Part shown: piece after piece, positions 26,023 through 36,800 of the stretch | Numbering within the stretch: the stretch's first letter is position 1 | How the letters are laid out: each line of letters starts with the position of its first letter | NCBI GenBank assembly: GCA_023251095.1 | Contig: JAHEZL010000007.1 | Coordinates: 15,136-79,135 of the forward strand | From: Flavobacteriales bacterium | GTDB lineage: Bacteria > Bacteroidota > Bacteroidia > Flavobacteriales_C > GCA-002722245 | DNA: 64,000 nucleotides | Reading direction: 5' to 3' | Made by a program: the position numbers and the translations under genes | The notes under the pieces: generated by a model | Told to the model about the DNA's origin: nothing | The model's input: the letters and a program-made list of their open reading frames with translations, nothing else | Database searches by the model: none

Positions 26023-26148
26023 GTAAATATACGTTAGAAATAATAAAAGTTCACGAAAAGTGAAGATTTATTTTGTTTAGTTTTTGTTCGGCAACACAAT
26101 AATATAAAAATTTGTTCTTTTACCTATATTTGCCCAAACCCCATTCGG

Positions 26149-27174
26149 ATGGAATTTACAGCACAGCAAATCGCCGCGATGTTGAACGGCACAATAGAAG
26201 GAGATGCGCAGGCAAAGGTGAACACTGTTGCTAAGATTGAAGAAGGTCACGCCGGCGCTTTGTCGTTTTTGGCGAATCCTCTGTATACACCTCATATATA
26301 TGACTGCGGATCATCCGTGGTTTTAGTGAACAACGATTTTGTTGCGGAAAGAAAAGTAAAACCAACTTTGGTTAGAGTGGCCAATGCTTATGAAGCTTTT
26401 GCAGGCTTGCTCGCTCAGTACGATAAAATAAAACGTCAAAGATCAGGAATAGATGGCGTACACCACATCGGTAAAAACTCCACTCACGGAGAAAATATTT
26501 ATTTAGGCGCTTTTGCTGTGATCGGCAACAATGTGAAGATTGGGAAAAATGTGCAGTTGCACGCTCAGTCTAGTATTGGCGACAATTGTACGATTGGCGA
26601 CAACACCGTTATTTTTTCGGGAGTGAAAATTTATGAAGGCTGTGTCATTGGTAACGATTGTATTTTACACGCAGGAGTGGTGATTGGCAGCGATGGTTTT
26701 GGATTTTCCCCAAATGCCGAAAACAATTACAAAAAAGTACCGCAGATAGGGAATGTGATTTTGGAAGATCACGTAGAGATTGGTGCAAACACTACGATTG
26801 ACAGGGCTACCATGGGATCAACCATCATTCGCAAAGGAGTAAAACTGGACAACCTCGTTCAAATTGCGCACAACGTTGAAATTGGTGAGAACACAGTAAT
26901 AGCCGGACAAACGGGCGTTGCCGGATCAACCAAAATCGGTAAAAATTGCATGATAGGCGGACAGGTTGGAATAGTCGGCCATCTCATCATTGCCGATGGC
27001 GTTAAAATTGCCGCGCAATCCGGTGTCGGACAAAGCATCACCAAAGAAGCATCCATCGTTCAGGGATCTCCAGCTTTTGAAATCGGAGATTACCGCAGAT
27101 CATATGTTGTTTTTCGCTCATTACCTGAGTTGAATAAAAGGGTGTCGAATCTTGAAAAAGGTTCATCAGAGTAA
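26149..27174 (+). CDS. lpxD: UDP-3-O-acylglucosamine N-acyltransferase.
   Basis: Left-handed beta-helix hexapeptide repeats follow a typical LpxD N-terminal domain. Confidence 0.85.
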   Translation: MEFTAQQIAAMLNGTIEGDAQAKVNTVAKIEEGHAGALSFLANPLYTPHIYDCGSSVVLVNNDFVAERKVKPTLVRVANAYEAFAGLLAQYDKIKRQRSGIDGVHHIGKNSTHGENIYLGAFAVIGNNVKIGKNVQLHAQSSIGDNCTIGDNTVIFSGVKIYEGCVIGNDCILHAGVVIGSDGFGFSPNAENNYKKVPQIGNVILEDHVEIGANTTIDRATMGSTIIRKGVKLDNLVQIAHNVEIGENTVIAGQTGVAGSTKIGKNCMIGGQVGIVGHLIIADGVKIAAQSGVGQSITKEASIVQGSPAFEIGDYRRSYVVFRSLPELNKRVSNLEKGSSE

Positions 27175-27200
27175 CAATAATTAATTAATTTTGCCCGACT

Positions 27201-27614
27201 ATGGCTTTAGTTGTCAAAACTTCCATCTTACCGTCTGCCGGAAAAGGCCTCTTTACTAATAAACTAATATTAAAGGGCCAAAAAATTGTAGAATACCGAG
27301 GGGAAATCATTAACTGGAAAGAGTACGAAAGAAGAGTAAATCAGGATAGGGCCGGATACCTTTTGTATATCAACAAAAAACGCTGTATCGATGCTTTCGA
27401 TGCACACCAGTATAAAGCCCGATATGCTAATGATGCCAAAGGGTTGAGTCGCATAAAAGGTTTAAAAAACAACGCTGTGTATGAAATTCACGGCGACAAA
27501 GGATTTATCGTTGCTACTCGTGATATTCAGGTCGGTGAAGAGATTTTTGTAAGCTACAGCAAAGAGTATTGGGACTGCATTCGCTACAACATCAAAAACA
27601 ACTTGTATAATTAA
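27201..27614 (+). CDS. SET-domain protein (putative protein-lysine methyltransferase).
   Basis: The motifs GKGLFT (GxG), EYRGEII, ARYANDA (RFINHS-like) and EEIFVSYSKEYW (ELxxxY-like) are present. The protein is 137 aa. Confidence 0.6.
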   Translation: MALVVKTSILPSAGKGLFTNKLILKGQKIVEYRGEIINWKEYERRVNQDRAGYLLYINKKRCIDAFDAHQYKARYANDAKGLSRIKGLKNNAVYEIHGDKGFIVATRDIQVGEEIFVSYSKEYWDCIRYNIKNNLYN

Positions 27615-27744
27615 TTGTTTGCTGTTTTCTGACAATTGAATGTTCGCTTCCTCTTGCTATTTCTCGCTTATTTCTAAATCTACCGAATCATAGGTATTTT
27701 TAAGTCATTTACTTACCTTTGCCACTTTGTGTTTACAAGATATT

Positions 27745-29127
27745 ATGGACAAACAAAATACTCTCGATAAAGAAATTTCCCTTGAAGGCGTGGGATTGCA
27801 CACCGGACAGATTGTTAAATTAACTTTCAAACCTGCCGCTGAAGATCACGGAATAGTATTTCAAAGAATTGATATTGAAGGTCAGCCAAAAGTTCAGGCT
27901 GTTGCCGAAAATGTAACGGAAGTTCAAAGGGGAACAACCATTGAAAAAAAGGCTGCAAAAGTAAATACGATTGAACATGTGATGGCTTCTTTAGTGGCTT
28001 TGCAAATCGACAATTGTTTGATTGAGCTCAACGGACAAGAGGTTCCCATCATGGATGGCAGCGCAAAACCTTTTATTGATCTACTTAAAAAAGCAGGTAT
28101 TAAACAACAGGAAAAAGCCCGTAAATACTACGTTGTACAAGAAACTATCGTTTATAAAGATGAGGCCAGAGGCGTTGAGTTGATGATAGTGCCCGATGAT
28201 AAATACAGTCTTACGGCAATGATTGATTTCAATTCTCCGGTTTTAGGAACGCAACATGCGTCATTGGATAAACTTGAAGATTTTGAAGAAAATATCGCTT
28301 CCTCCCGTACTTTTTGTTTTTTACACGAGTTAGAACAATTGCTCAACAACAACCTCATTAAAGGTGGTGATTTAAGCAATGCTATTGTGGTGGTGGATAA
28401 AGTGGTGCAACAAAGCGAACTGGATACACTGGCGAAGTTGTTCAACAGAACACACATTGAAGTAAAACAGGAAGGTATTTTAAATAATGTTGAGCTGCGT
28501 CATCAAAATGAACCGGCCCGCCATAAATTGCTAGATGTTGTTGGTGATTTAGGATTGGTAGGCGCTCCGATAAAAGGAAAAGTTTTTGCCAAAAAACCGG
28601 GTCATGCTGCCAACGTTGAATTTGCTAAACTTATCAGAAAAAAAATGGAAGCAGAAAAAGATGCTGCCCCTCGTTTCGATTTGACCAAAACGGTTTATGA
28701 CATCAACAAAATCATGGAGCTGTTGCCTCACCGTCCGCCTTTCCTCTTTGTTGATCGCATCATTGCCATGGGCAAAGAAACCATCGTTGGTTGTAAAAAT
28801 GTAACGATGAATGAAACGTTTTTTCAAGGGCATTTTCCAGGACAACCAATATTTCCGGGTGTTTTACAATTGGAAGCCATGGCGCAGGCAGGTGGTATTT
28901 TGGCCTTGAGTCAGGTTCCTGATCCGGAAAATTATCTGACTTACTTCATGAAAATCGATAAAGTTAAATTCCGTCATCCGGTTGTTCCGGGTGATACAAT
29001 AATATTTTCTTTACACTTTGTTTCTCCTTTCCGCAGAGGAATTGTGCACATGGGCGGCTATGCTTATGTAGGAGATAAAATAGTGATGGAAGCAGAAATG
29101 ATGGCTCAATTAGCAAAAGTGAAATAA
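27745..29127 (+). CDS. lpxC/fabZ: Bifunctional UDP-3-O-acyl-GlcNAc deacetylase and 3-hydroxyacyl-ACP dehydratase (LpxC-FabZ fusion).
   Basis: The N-terminal LpxC domain (HTGQIVKLTF...) is fused to a C-terminal FabZ hotdog domain (FFQGHFPGQPIFPGVLQLEAMAQ). The listed ORF starts at 27727, but MDKQNTL at 27745 is the likelier start. Confidence 0.85.
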   Translation: MDKQNTLDKEISLEGVGLHTGQIVKLTFKPAAEDHGIVFQRIDIEGQPKVQAVAENVTEVQRGTTIEKKAAKVNTIEHVMASLVALQIDNCLIELNGQEVPIMDGSAKPFIDLLKKAGIKQQEKARKYYVVQETIVYKDEARGVELMIVPDDKYSLTAMIDFNSPVLGTQHASLDKLEDFEENIASSRTFCFLHELEQLLNNNLIKGGDLSNAIVVVDKVVQQSELDTLAKLFNRTHIEVKQEGILNNVELRHQNEPARHKLLDVVGDLGLVGAPIKGKVFAKKPGHAANVEFAKLIRKKMEAEKDAAPRFDLTKTVYDINKIMELLPHRPPFLFVDRIIAMGKETIVGCKNVTMNETFFQGHFPGQPIFPGVLQLEAMAQAGGILALSQVPDPENYLTYFMKIDKVKFRHPVVPGDTIIFSLHFVSPFRRGIVHMGGYAYVGDKIVMEAEMMAQLAKVK

Positions 29128-29128
29128 T

Positions 29129-29932
29129 ATGCATCAACCTTTAGCCTACGTACACCCCCAATCGAAAATCGCTAGAAATGTAGTGATTGAACCCTTTGTT
29201 ACCATCAGTAAAAATGTGGAAATAGGGGAAGGAACCTGGATAGGTTCCAATGTTACTATTATGGAAGGTGCTAAAATCGGCAAGAACTGCAGGATTTTCC
29301 CCGGTGCCGTGATAGCTGCCGTTCCTCAGGATTTGAAATATGAAGGAGAAGATTCTACAGTTGAAATAGGCGATAACGTTACTATTCGCGAATGCGTTAC
29401 TATACACAGAGGAACCAAGGACCGTCACAAAACGGTAGTGGAAGACAATGTGTTGCTGATGGCTTATGCGCACGTAGCGCACGATTGCATCATTCGCCGC
29501 AATGCTATTTTAGCCAACTCGGTGAATCTGGCAGGACACGTTACTGTTGATGAATTTGCCATTTTAGGAGGAGGTACTTTGGTACATCAGTTTGTGCATG
29601 TTGGAAAACACGCCATGGTTTCTGGCGGATCATTGATCAGAAAAGATGTTCCTCCGTTTACAAAAGCAGCAAGAGAGCCACTTTCCTATGTTGGAGTGAA
29701 TTCAGTGGGATTGCGTCGCAGAGGATACACTTCTGAGATGATCAATAAAATTCAGGAAACTTACCGTTACATATTTTTGAAAGGATACAATACGAGTCAG
29801 GCCATTTCAATCATTGAAGCATCACTAGACGCTACTGCCGAAAGGGATGAAATCATTTCCTTCATACAGGAATCAAAACGAGGTATTATGAAAGGATACT
29901 TCCAAAGCAAATCCAATGGATCTGAAGGTTAA
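29129..29932 (+). CDS. lpxA: Acyl-ACP--UDP-GlcNAc O-acyltransferase.
   Basis: Hexapeptide repeats are present at an LpxA-like length. It sits in an lpxD-lpxC-lpxA context. Confidence 0.85.
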   Translation: MHQPLAYVHPQSKIARNVVIEPFVTISKNVEIGEGTWIGSNVTIMEGAKIGKNCRIFPGAVIAAVPQDLKYEGEDSTVEIGDNVTIRECVTIHRGTKDRHKTVVEDNVLLMAYAHVAHDCIIRRNAILANSVNLAGHVTVDEFAILGGGTLVHQFVHVGKHAMVSGGSLIRKDVPPFTKAAREPLSYVGVNSVGLRRRGYTSEMINKIQETYRYIFLKGYNTSQAISIIEASLDATAERDEIISFIQESKRGIMKGYFQSKSNGSEG

Positions 29933-30530
29933 TAACCTCGGCAAAAAGTACGAAGGAAACTGGATATTCAGAAATATCAATCTGTCGGTAATTTCAGGCA
30001 GCAAAGTATTGATTAAGGGCCGCAACGGCTCAGGAAAATCCACCTTCGCAAAAGCAGTTTCAGGATTAATTTTACCATCGGAAGGAACAGTTTCTTACTC
30101 CGTTAACGGAAAGGAAATTGCTGCCGAGCAAGCCTATCAGCAGATACAATTGGTGGGTCCTTATGTGGATCTGATAGAGGATTTCACCTTACAGGAATTT
30201 TTAAGTTTTCATGCCAAGTTCAAACCTTTTATACAAGGAATGAGCATTGCAGATGTTGTAGCAGCAGGTAATTTCACCGGTCAGCAAGAAAAGTATCTGC
30301 GTCATTTTTCATCGGGGATGAAACAACGTGTTAAAATATTACTGGCTTTGTTTACCTCTTGTCCGCTGGTAATTTTGGATGAACCCACTTCCAATCTGGA
30401 TGAATGGGGAGTGGAGTGGTATCTCAGCTTAGTCAATGATAACGCCAAAGACAAAACAATTTTGGTGTGTTCGAACAATGCTCAGCAGGAGGCCGCTTTT
30501 TGCACCGAGAGTATTTCTATGGAAGTTTAA
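29916..30530 (+). CDS. Small ABC-transporter ATP-binding protein with no adjacent permease.
   Basis: Walker A (GRNGSGKST), signature (SSGMKQRV) and Walker B (ILDEPTSNLD) motifs are present. Confidence 0.75.
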   Translation: MDLKVNNLGKKYEGNWIFRNINLSVISGSKVLIKGRNGSGKSTFAKAVSGLILPSEGTVSYSVNGKEIAAEQAYQQIQLVGPYVDLIEDFTLQEFLSFHAKFKPFIQGMSIADVVAAGNFTGQQEKYLRHFSSGMKQRVKILLALFTSCPLVILDEPTSNLDEWGVEWYLSLVNDNAKDKTILVCSNNAQQEAAFCTESISMEV

Positions 30531-30599
30531 AACTAAAGGTGCAACGTTTCTTGTTTCAGGGAGAGGCTTTTTGTACTTTTGCCTAAATTCAAATTTTTT

Positions 30600-31160
30600 A
30601 TGGCAACTACTGCAGATTTTAAAAACGGTATGTGCATTAAGCACAATGGAAAACTTTTCCAGATAGTAGAGTTTCAACATGTTAAACCGGGAAAAGGTCC
30701 GGCTTTCGTAAGAACAAAAATCAGAAATTTAGAAAATGGAAGATTGGTTGATAATACTTTCACAGCAGGTGTAAAGATTGAGTTTGTAAGAATTGAAAGA
30801 CGTCCGTACCAGTTTTTATACAAAGATGAAAGTGGCTACAACATCATGCATCAGCAAACTTTTGAGCAGGTATCCATTCCCGGTGAATTGATTGACCATC
30901 CTCAGTTTTTGAGAGAAGGAATGACGATGGAAGCAATGGTACATGCTGAAACCGAAGAGTTCTTATCGGCTGAAGTTCCAACTTACATTGAAGCGGAAAT
31001 CACATACACTGAACCGGGAATGAAAGGTAATACAGCAACCAATACTTTGAAGCTGGCTACCATTGATACAGGAGCAGAGGTGAGAGTTCCTTTGTTCATC
31101 AACAACGGAGATAGAATCAAAATAAATACCGGTACGGGTGAATACAGTGAAAGAGTATAA
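30600..31160 (+). CDS. efp: Elongation factor P.
   Basis: The sequence [44 protein letters not shown] is EF-P-like. The listed ORF starts 21 nt upstream. Confidence 0.85.
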   Translation: MATTADFKNGMCIKHNGKLFQIVEFQHVKPGKGPAFVRTKIRNLENGRLVDNTFTAGVKIEFVRIERRPYQFLYKDESGYNIMHQQTFEQVSIPGELIDHPQFLREGMTMEAMVHAETEEFLSAEVPTYIEAEITYTEPGMKGNTATNTLKLATIDTGAEVRVPLFINNGDRIKINTGTGEYSERV

Positions 31161-31163
31161 GTA

Positions 31164-32093
31164 ATGAAGTTTCCAAAGTCCCTAACGTTAAGTGAAGTTG
31201 CCGCATTTTTGTCGTGCAGATACGTGGGAGAGGCAAATTTACCGGCTTTGGGAATGAATGAAATACATAAAGTTGAGAAAGGAGATGTTTCTTTTGTTGA
31301 TCATCCGAAGTATTATGACAAATGTTTGAATTCAAATGCTTCGGTAGTAATTATCAATAAAGAAGTAGCTTGTCCGGAAGGAAAAGGCCTGATTATAAGT
31401 GAAGATCCTTTTGCGGATTTCAATCGTTTGGGTAAAAAGTATTCTCCTTTTGTACGTTCTTTAAAAGCAGTGAGCGACTCCGCAGTGATTGGGGAAGGAA
31501 GTATTATTCAACCCAATGTTTTTATCGGGAACAATGTGCGCATCGGAAAAAATTGTTTGATTCATTCCAATGTAAGCATTTACGATAATGTACTGATAGG
31601 TGATAATGTAGTAATTCATGCGAATACGGTACTGGGCAGTGATGCCTTTTATTTTAAAAACAGAGGCACGCACCGCGAGAAATTATGGTCGACGGGCTCC
31701 GTTGAAATTGCAGATGATGTTGAAATAGGCGCCGGATGTACCATTGACAAAGGAGTTTCGGGAGTGACGTATATCGGTCGCGGAACCAAAATCGACAATC
31801 TGGTGCAAGTCGGACACGACACAGAAGTTGGTGAACTTTGTTTATTTGCGTCACAAGTAGCGATTGCAGGTTGTGTTAAAATTGGAAAAAATGTAATTTT
31901 GTGGGGACAGGTTGGGGTGACAAGCGGAATTGAAATAGGTGAAAACGTAGTGGTGTTGGGTCAATCAGGAGTTGGTAAAAGTTTAGAAGCAAATAAAACT
32001 TATGCCGGTACTTTGGCTCAGGAGGCACGAACACATTGGAAAGAAAAGGTATTGTTAAAACAATTGCCTGAACTAATAAAGAAATTAAAGTAA
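31164..32093 (+). CDS. lpxD: Second UDP-3-O-acylglucosamine N-acyltransferase (LpxD paralog).
   Basis: Hexapeptide repeats follow an LpxD-like N-terminal domain. Confidence 0.7.
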   Translation: MKFPKSLTLSEVAAFLSCRYVGEANLPALGMNEIHKVEKGDVSFVDHPKYYDKCLNSNASVVIINKEVACPEGKGLIISEDPFADFNRLGKKYSPFVRSLKAVSDSAVIGEGSIIQPNVFIGNNVRIGKNCLIHSNVSIYDNVLIGDNVVIHANTVLGSDAFYFKNRGTHREKLWSTGSVEIADDVEIGAGCTIDKGVSGVTYIGRGTKIDNLVQVGHDTEVGELCLFASQVAIAGCVKIGKNVILWGQVGVTSGIEIGENVVVLGQSGVGKSLEANKTYAGTLAQEARTHWKEKVLLKQLPELIKKLK

Positions 32094-33323
32094 ATGGCAG
32101 TTAAATCAATAAAACGGGCAGAAGGGAAGATTCGGGTGAAAGACCAGAAGCTTAATGCTTTGCTTGAAATTACCAATGCCATCAATAGTAATCTGAGCAA
32201 AGAAAAACTCTTCGCCATTTATGAATTTGTGCTGAGAGAGCAATTGAACATTGGTAAATTGTGTTTGTATCTGAATGAAGGAGATTGGAATTGTGCATTG
32301 AAATTCGGCTTAGACAGAGAAGAACTGGATGTGGATGTGGAGCGGGATTTACTCACCATTACAGAAATTACGGAAGTGAACTCTCATACTTACGGACCTT
32401 TCCGTGAGTTTGATGTTGTTGTTCCGGTTTACCACAAAACAAAACCCTTAGCTTATTTACTGATAGGTGATTTGATTGAGGAAGCTTTGCAAATCAGTCC
32501 GATCATCAAACATTTACCGTTTATTCAAACGCTTACCAATGTGATAGCGGTGGCGGTGGAAAATAAAAATCTGGTGGAGGAATCTCTCCGACAAGAGGGG
32601 ATGAAGAAGGAGTTGGAGCTGGCCTCTGAAATGCAATCCATGTTGTTGCCAACAGAACTGCCCGATAACAATCAAATGGATATTGCGGTGTTTTACCAAT
32701 CGCATCAGCAGGTGGGAGGAGATTATTACGATTTTATTGAACTCGACGAAAATGAATTTTGTTTTTGCATTGCCGATGTTTCCGGAAAAGGAGTTTCGGC
32801 TGCCATACTGATGTCGAATTTCCAGGCCAATTTACGTGTATTGGTGCACCACACCGAATCTTTATCGGAGCTGATACAAGTGCTGGATAAAAAAGTAATG
32901 GACAATGCCAAGGGCGAAAAATTCATTACCATTTTTGTGGCCAAATACAACATCAAAACAAGAATGCTGAATTATGTAAATGCAGGTCACAATCCGCCGG
33001 TACTCATCACGGGTGAAAACATGTCGCTGCTTAAATCCGGTTGTCCGGGCTTAGGAATGGTAGATGATTTATTGTTCATCAAGGAAGGCAGAATTTCAAT
33101 TCCCGAAGGCTCGTCTTTGTTTTGTTATACCGATGGATTGGTGGAAACTGAAAACGAGCAAAACGTAGAATTTGGCACCGAAGGATTGGAGGAATCATTG
33201 CGCAATAACATCAATGAGAAACCTTCAGTAATGAATAAAAATGTGCTGAATGATTTGAAGAGATACAAAGGAAAAGCAAATTACGCCGATGATATTGCTT
33301 TGTTAAGCCTTAAGTTTTTCTAG
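32094..33323 (+). CDS. PP2C/SpoIIE-family Ser/Thr phosphatase with an N-terminal GAF-like domain.
   Basis: The motif GGDYYDF...CIADVSGKGVSAA is the SpoIIE/RsbU phosphatase signature. Confidence 0.7.
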   Translation: MAVKSIKRAEGKIRVKDQKLNALLEITNAINSNLSKEKLFAIYEFVLREQLNIGKLCLYLNEGDWNCALKFGLDREELDVDVERDLLTITEITEVNSHTYGPFREFDVVVPVYHKTKPLAYLLIGDLIEEALQISPIIKHLPFIQTLTNVIAVAVENKNLVEESLRQEGMKKELELASEMQSMLLPTELPDNNQMDIAVFYQSHQQVGGDYYDFIELDENEFCFCIADVSGKGVSAAILMSNFQANLRVLVHHTESLSELIQVLDKKVMDNAKGEKFITIFVAKYNIKTRMLNYVNAGHNPPVLITGENMSLLKSGCPGLGMVDDLLFIKEGRISIPEGSSLFCYTDGLVETENEQNVEFGTEGLEESLRNNINEKPSVMNKNVLNDLKRYKGKANYADDIALLSLKFF

Positions 33324-34781
33324 CTGTTCCTGAAATTCCTTTTCAGGATATTTTTTCTGATTGTACAAATCCATCACTACCAATATCGCCGTCATTCCAT
33401 AAAAGGGCGCTGTGATTTTATCGGTATCTAAAAAGTTATTTAAAAATCCGTGAATGATGTAGGTGATGATTCCTATCAGGCAGCTCATGGAATAGGTTTT
33501 AAAAAATTGGTTCGTACTTCTTTTGTAAACGCGAACACCCGTGGCGATGATGGTTAGGAAGAGACCGAGCACAATGATCAATCCCGGAAAACCCGATTCG
33601 GAAAGCGGACCCACATATTCGCTATGTGCATTTCCCATATCACCTGCGTTCGTGCTGATGATGGTTTTATCACTTTCTTTTTGAAAACCTGCATAGTTAA
33701 ATGAATAGGTTCCCGGGCCCCAACCGAATAGCGGTCTTTCCTTAAACATGGCGAATCCGGAGTTCCAGCGGTTGATGCGTTCGCGGTTGGAGGCATCGGA
33801 AGAAACGTTGGAAATCGACTTCACATGCTGATTGATATCAGTGGAGGAATTGACTTTGTTTTTTGAAAAATAATCTCGGATATCGTCCTGCATTACTAAA
33901 GCAGTAACGGATAGGCTCAAAACAATTGCGGCCAGTATCTGCCATTTTATTTTAAACTTCAGAATAAGATAAACACCCCAGCCGCCTATCAATCCCACCC
34001 ATGCAGCACGTGTGTAGGAGAGTATTGTTGCTAAGGTGAAATAGGCGAGCAACATAAAAATAAGCGGTTTTAAAATGGCTATCCGGTTGTTTTTCTCAAA
34101 GCTTTTTGCAATCAGGAAGGGGATAAATAACGCAAGAGCAGCGCCATAAGAAGTGTGGTCATTGTAAAAAGGCTTCATCACCCAGTTGCCTGATTTCTGA
34201 TCAAAGCCATGAAAAGAATGATTGACTAAAGTATAGGCGATGATTAAACAAAAAGGAAGGATGTACAACCAAAAGAAATGCTGCATGTTTTTTATTTTCC
34301 GGAAAACCTGCGTGGCCAAAAAATAAAAAGTGGTGATGAACCACAACTGAGCGGTAAAGTATTTAAAAGAAACCAAAGGAATTGAGCTGGTAACTGCAGT
34401 GATGAATACCCACGAGAGCTGTATGATCAGAAAAAGACTAACGGGATGAAAAATAACCTGCCTGTCGAAACCGCCTTCATAAATGGTTTTAATAATGACA
34501 AAAAGCAATAAGCCAAAAAGAACAGGATCGGTTGGTATCGTCATACCAACGCCGATACCAATACTATCCAAATTGACAGATAAAGGCACCAATGCAATCA
34601 ATAAAAGATAGAGGGTGTCCAGTTTAAAAAGCGCCAGATACGCAACGAGCGCTACAAATGGAAGTAGTAATATTTCAAAGTGCTCAAAGTAAATAGAAAT
34701 GGCTGTACACAAGATGAAAATTCCGGTGATACTATATAGCCATACTGATTTTGATGAGCTTTGCATTCTATTTGGAAGCAA
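33303..34781 (-). CDS. O-antigen ligase/polymerase-like polytopic membrane protein.
   Basis: It has ten or more transmembrane segments and a Wzy_C-like segment (YTRAAWVGLIGGWGVYL). Confidence 0.5.
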   Translation of the reverse strand: MLPNRMQSSSKSVWLYSITGIFILCTAISIYFEHFEILLLPFVALVAYLALFKLDTLYLLLIALVPLSVNLDSIGIGVGMTIPTDPVLFGLLLFVIIKTIYEGGFDRQVIFHPVSLFLIIQLSWVFITAVTSSIPLVSFKYFTAQLWFITTFYFLATQVFRKIKNMQHFFWLYILPFCLIIAYTLVNHSFHGFDQKSGNWVMKPFYNDHTSYGAALALFIPFLIAKSFEKNNRIAILKPLIFMLLAYFTLATILSYTRAAWVGLIGGWGVYLILKFKIKWQILAAIVLSLSVTALVMQDDIRDYFSKNKVNSSTDINQHVKSISNVSSDASNRERINRWNSGFAMFKERPLFGWGPGTYSFNYAGFQKESDKTIISTNAGDMGNAHSEYVGPLSESGFPGLIIVLGLFLTIIATGVRVYKRSTNQFFKTYSMSCLIGIITYIIHGFLNNFLDTDKITAPFYGMTAILVVMDLYNQKKYPEKEFQEQLEKLKA

Positions 34782-35691
34782 GGTTTTGTTCGTGTACCGA
34801 CACTACCACCAGAGCCAATACCATACTTGAAATAACCGATATCAATACTATCAGCCAGCGGATAGGGTAAGCTTTTTTATCGGATTTTTCCGGACTCACC
34901 ACCATGAGGGTGTAATCCAGTTTTCGGTTGAGTTCTTTCACTACATTTTCATGTTCGTATTTAATGCCGTTGTATAAAGAACGGGCTTGATCCAATTCAT
35001 TTTGTAAGGAAATATATTTACCTCCGTATTGTTTTAAATTTTGTGCAACAGAAGAACTCTGATCGTCAATTTTTCCATTTTTCGACAAGTATTTTACCTG
35101 ACTGCCATAATCCAGAATTCCGTATTGAATTCTCATGTTTTTTACCACACTATCCAGTTTGTCTACTTCTTGTTTTTTAGAAAGCATTTGAGCGTTAAGG
35201 GTTCTTTCCACTTCTACCATTGACCCTTTTTGAATGTTGTGCATTTTAAGATTGTATAAAGCGATAATATCTTTTGCCATTAACAACGCCGTATCGGGTG
35301 AATAATCCAATACTTCAATTTCCACCGATTCATATTTTGTTTTATTAAAGGTGATGTTTTCAGCGTATTCCAGATTTACGTTAGTAAGGAAATAAGGATC
35401 TTCCAAAGAGTCGATTCCGTAATGTGAAAGCAAATGGTATTTGCTGATGATGGCAGTGCGGATATCGTTGGCTTCCAGCATTTGCAGCATTTGTTCAACG
35501 GGTGTTTCTGTTCCGTAAGGCTTGGCGTTGGTAGGATAAATCACCTCTGTTGATTTGAATTTAGGTTTGATAAACAAAGAGGAAGAGGCGACAGCGGAAA
35601 TTAAAACCGAAGCAAGAAAAACAATTGAAAAATGAATTTTCCACTTTAGGATAAGCGCAATAAACTTAGATAAATCAAAAACTTTTTCCAT
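34768..35691 (-). CDS. Wzz-like polysaccharide chain-length determinant protein.
   Basis: It has N- and C-terminal transmembrane helices flanking a periplasmic coiled-coil region. It is a paralog of the adjacent gene. Confidence 0.5.
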   Translation of the reverse strand: MEKVFDLSKFIALILKWKIHFSIVFLASVLISAVASSSLFIKPKFKSTEVIYPTNAKPYGTETPVEQMLQMLEANDIRTAIISKYHLLSHYGIDSLEDPYFLTNVNLEYAENITFNKTKYESVEIEVLDYSPDTALLMAKDIIALYNLKMHNIQKGSMVEVERTLNAQMLSKKQEVDKLDSVVKNMRIQYGILDYGSQVKYLSKNGKIDDQSSSVAQNLKQYGGKYISLQNELDQARSLYNGIKYEHENVVKELNRKLDYTLMVVSPEKSDKKAYPIRWLIVLISVISSMVLALVVVSVHEQNLASK

Positions 35692-35693
35692 AG

Positions 35694-36707
35694 TTAGTTT
35701 TTAGAGGAACTTTTAATGAGTTTTATTTTTTCATTGATCAGTAAAGCTAACAGGGAAAAAACAAAAGTACAGAGGACAGTTACGGATACAATTAACCAGC
35801 GAACGGGATATGATTTTTTTTCGGCCGCTTTCGCTTCGTTTACCATAAAGAAATTCGGAATTCTTTCGTTGGCGTCGATTTTAGCCTCGTCGTATTTTTC
35901 TTTGAGCAGGCTAAGCTGTATTGCTGTATTCTGTAGTTTTTCCTTGATGTTGTATTGTTGAGCTCCGTATTTGTTGAGGAGGGCCATTTTTTCATTGATG
36001 GATTCCACTGCGGCCTTGTTGCCTTTTCCTATCGCATCGGCGTAAGCGGAAGTAAGAACCTCCGACTGAGCCTCTACATCATGTACACCTTTGCCCATGA
36101 TGAAACTCAGGGTATCCTGCAAACTTTGCTGATAAGCCAGAGAACTGAGGTAGGATTTTTCCACGATTTTGAATCCCGGTAGTGATCTTTCTTTCTGGAT
36201 ATCGTTCATCACATCATCCAAGATTTTGGCAATGCCATTGGCAATGGCTGCGGCTAAGGCAGGGTCTTTGTCTAAAACATTGATTTCAATTGCCATGTAT
36301 TCATTGCGCTTGAAAGTGATATTGCTTTCAAACTGCTGAATAAGCAAGGTGTATTTAGAGGGAGAAGCAGTGTCAATTTCATAGTGCTTCATCAGATCAA
36401 ATTGTTTGATGACAGCATCTTTCACTTTGTCGGAATGAACCACCTGCAGCAATTGCTCTACTTTTTCTTCTTCACCGAATTCCAGAATGTCACCCTTTCC
36501 ATTGCCGCTGTTGATTAATACTTTAGAGATAGAGCTGGTGTTGGAGGGATATAAAATAACGGTTGATTTGTACTTGTCGTCAATCAAAAAAGATACTATA
36601 CTTGCTACTACAGCAGCTGAAAGCGACAATATGAAAAGTGGCTTTAAATGATTGTAAATAAAGGCAATCAATCCAAATTCGCTGTTTTGTTTTTCCTGAT
36701 CTTCCAT
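35694..36707 (-). CDS. Wzz-like polysaccharide chain-length determinant protein (second copy).
   Basis: It has the same topology and a shared C-terminal YP(V/I)RWLIV motif. Confidence 0.5.
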   Translation of the reverse strand: MEDQEKQNSEFGLIAFIYNHLKPLFILSLSAAVVASIVSFLIDDKYKSTVILYPSNTSSISKVLINSGNGKGDILEFGEEEKVEQLLQVVHSDKVKDAVIKQFDLMKHYEIDTASPSKYTLLIQQFESNITFKRNEYMAIEINVLDKDPALAAAIANGIAKILDDVMNDIQKERSLPGFKIVEKSYLSSLAYQQSLQDTLSFIMGKGVHDVEAQSEVLTSAYADAIGKGNKAAVESINEKMALLNKYGAQQYNIKEKLQNTAIQLSLLKEKYDEAKIDANERIPNFFMVNEAKAAEKKSYPVRWLIVSVTVLCTFVFSLLALLINEKIKLIKSSSKN

Positions 36708-36800
36708 TAACGATTTATAAAGGCTACAAACCTAAGCCATTTTTTATAAAAATCACAATTGAATTTTTGCGGAATTATCCTTTAAACTACAGCTTAAGAG

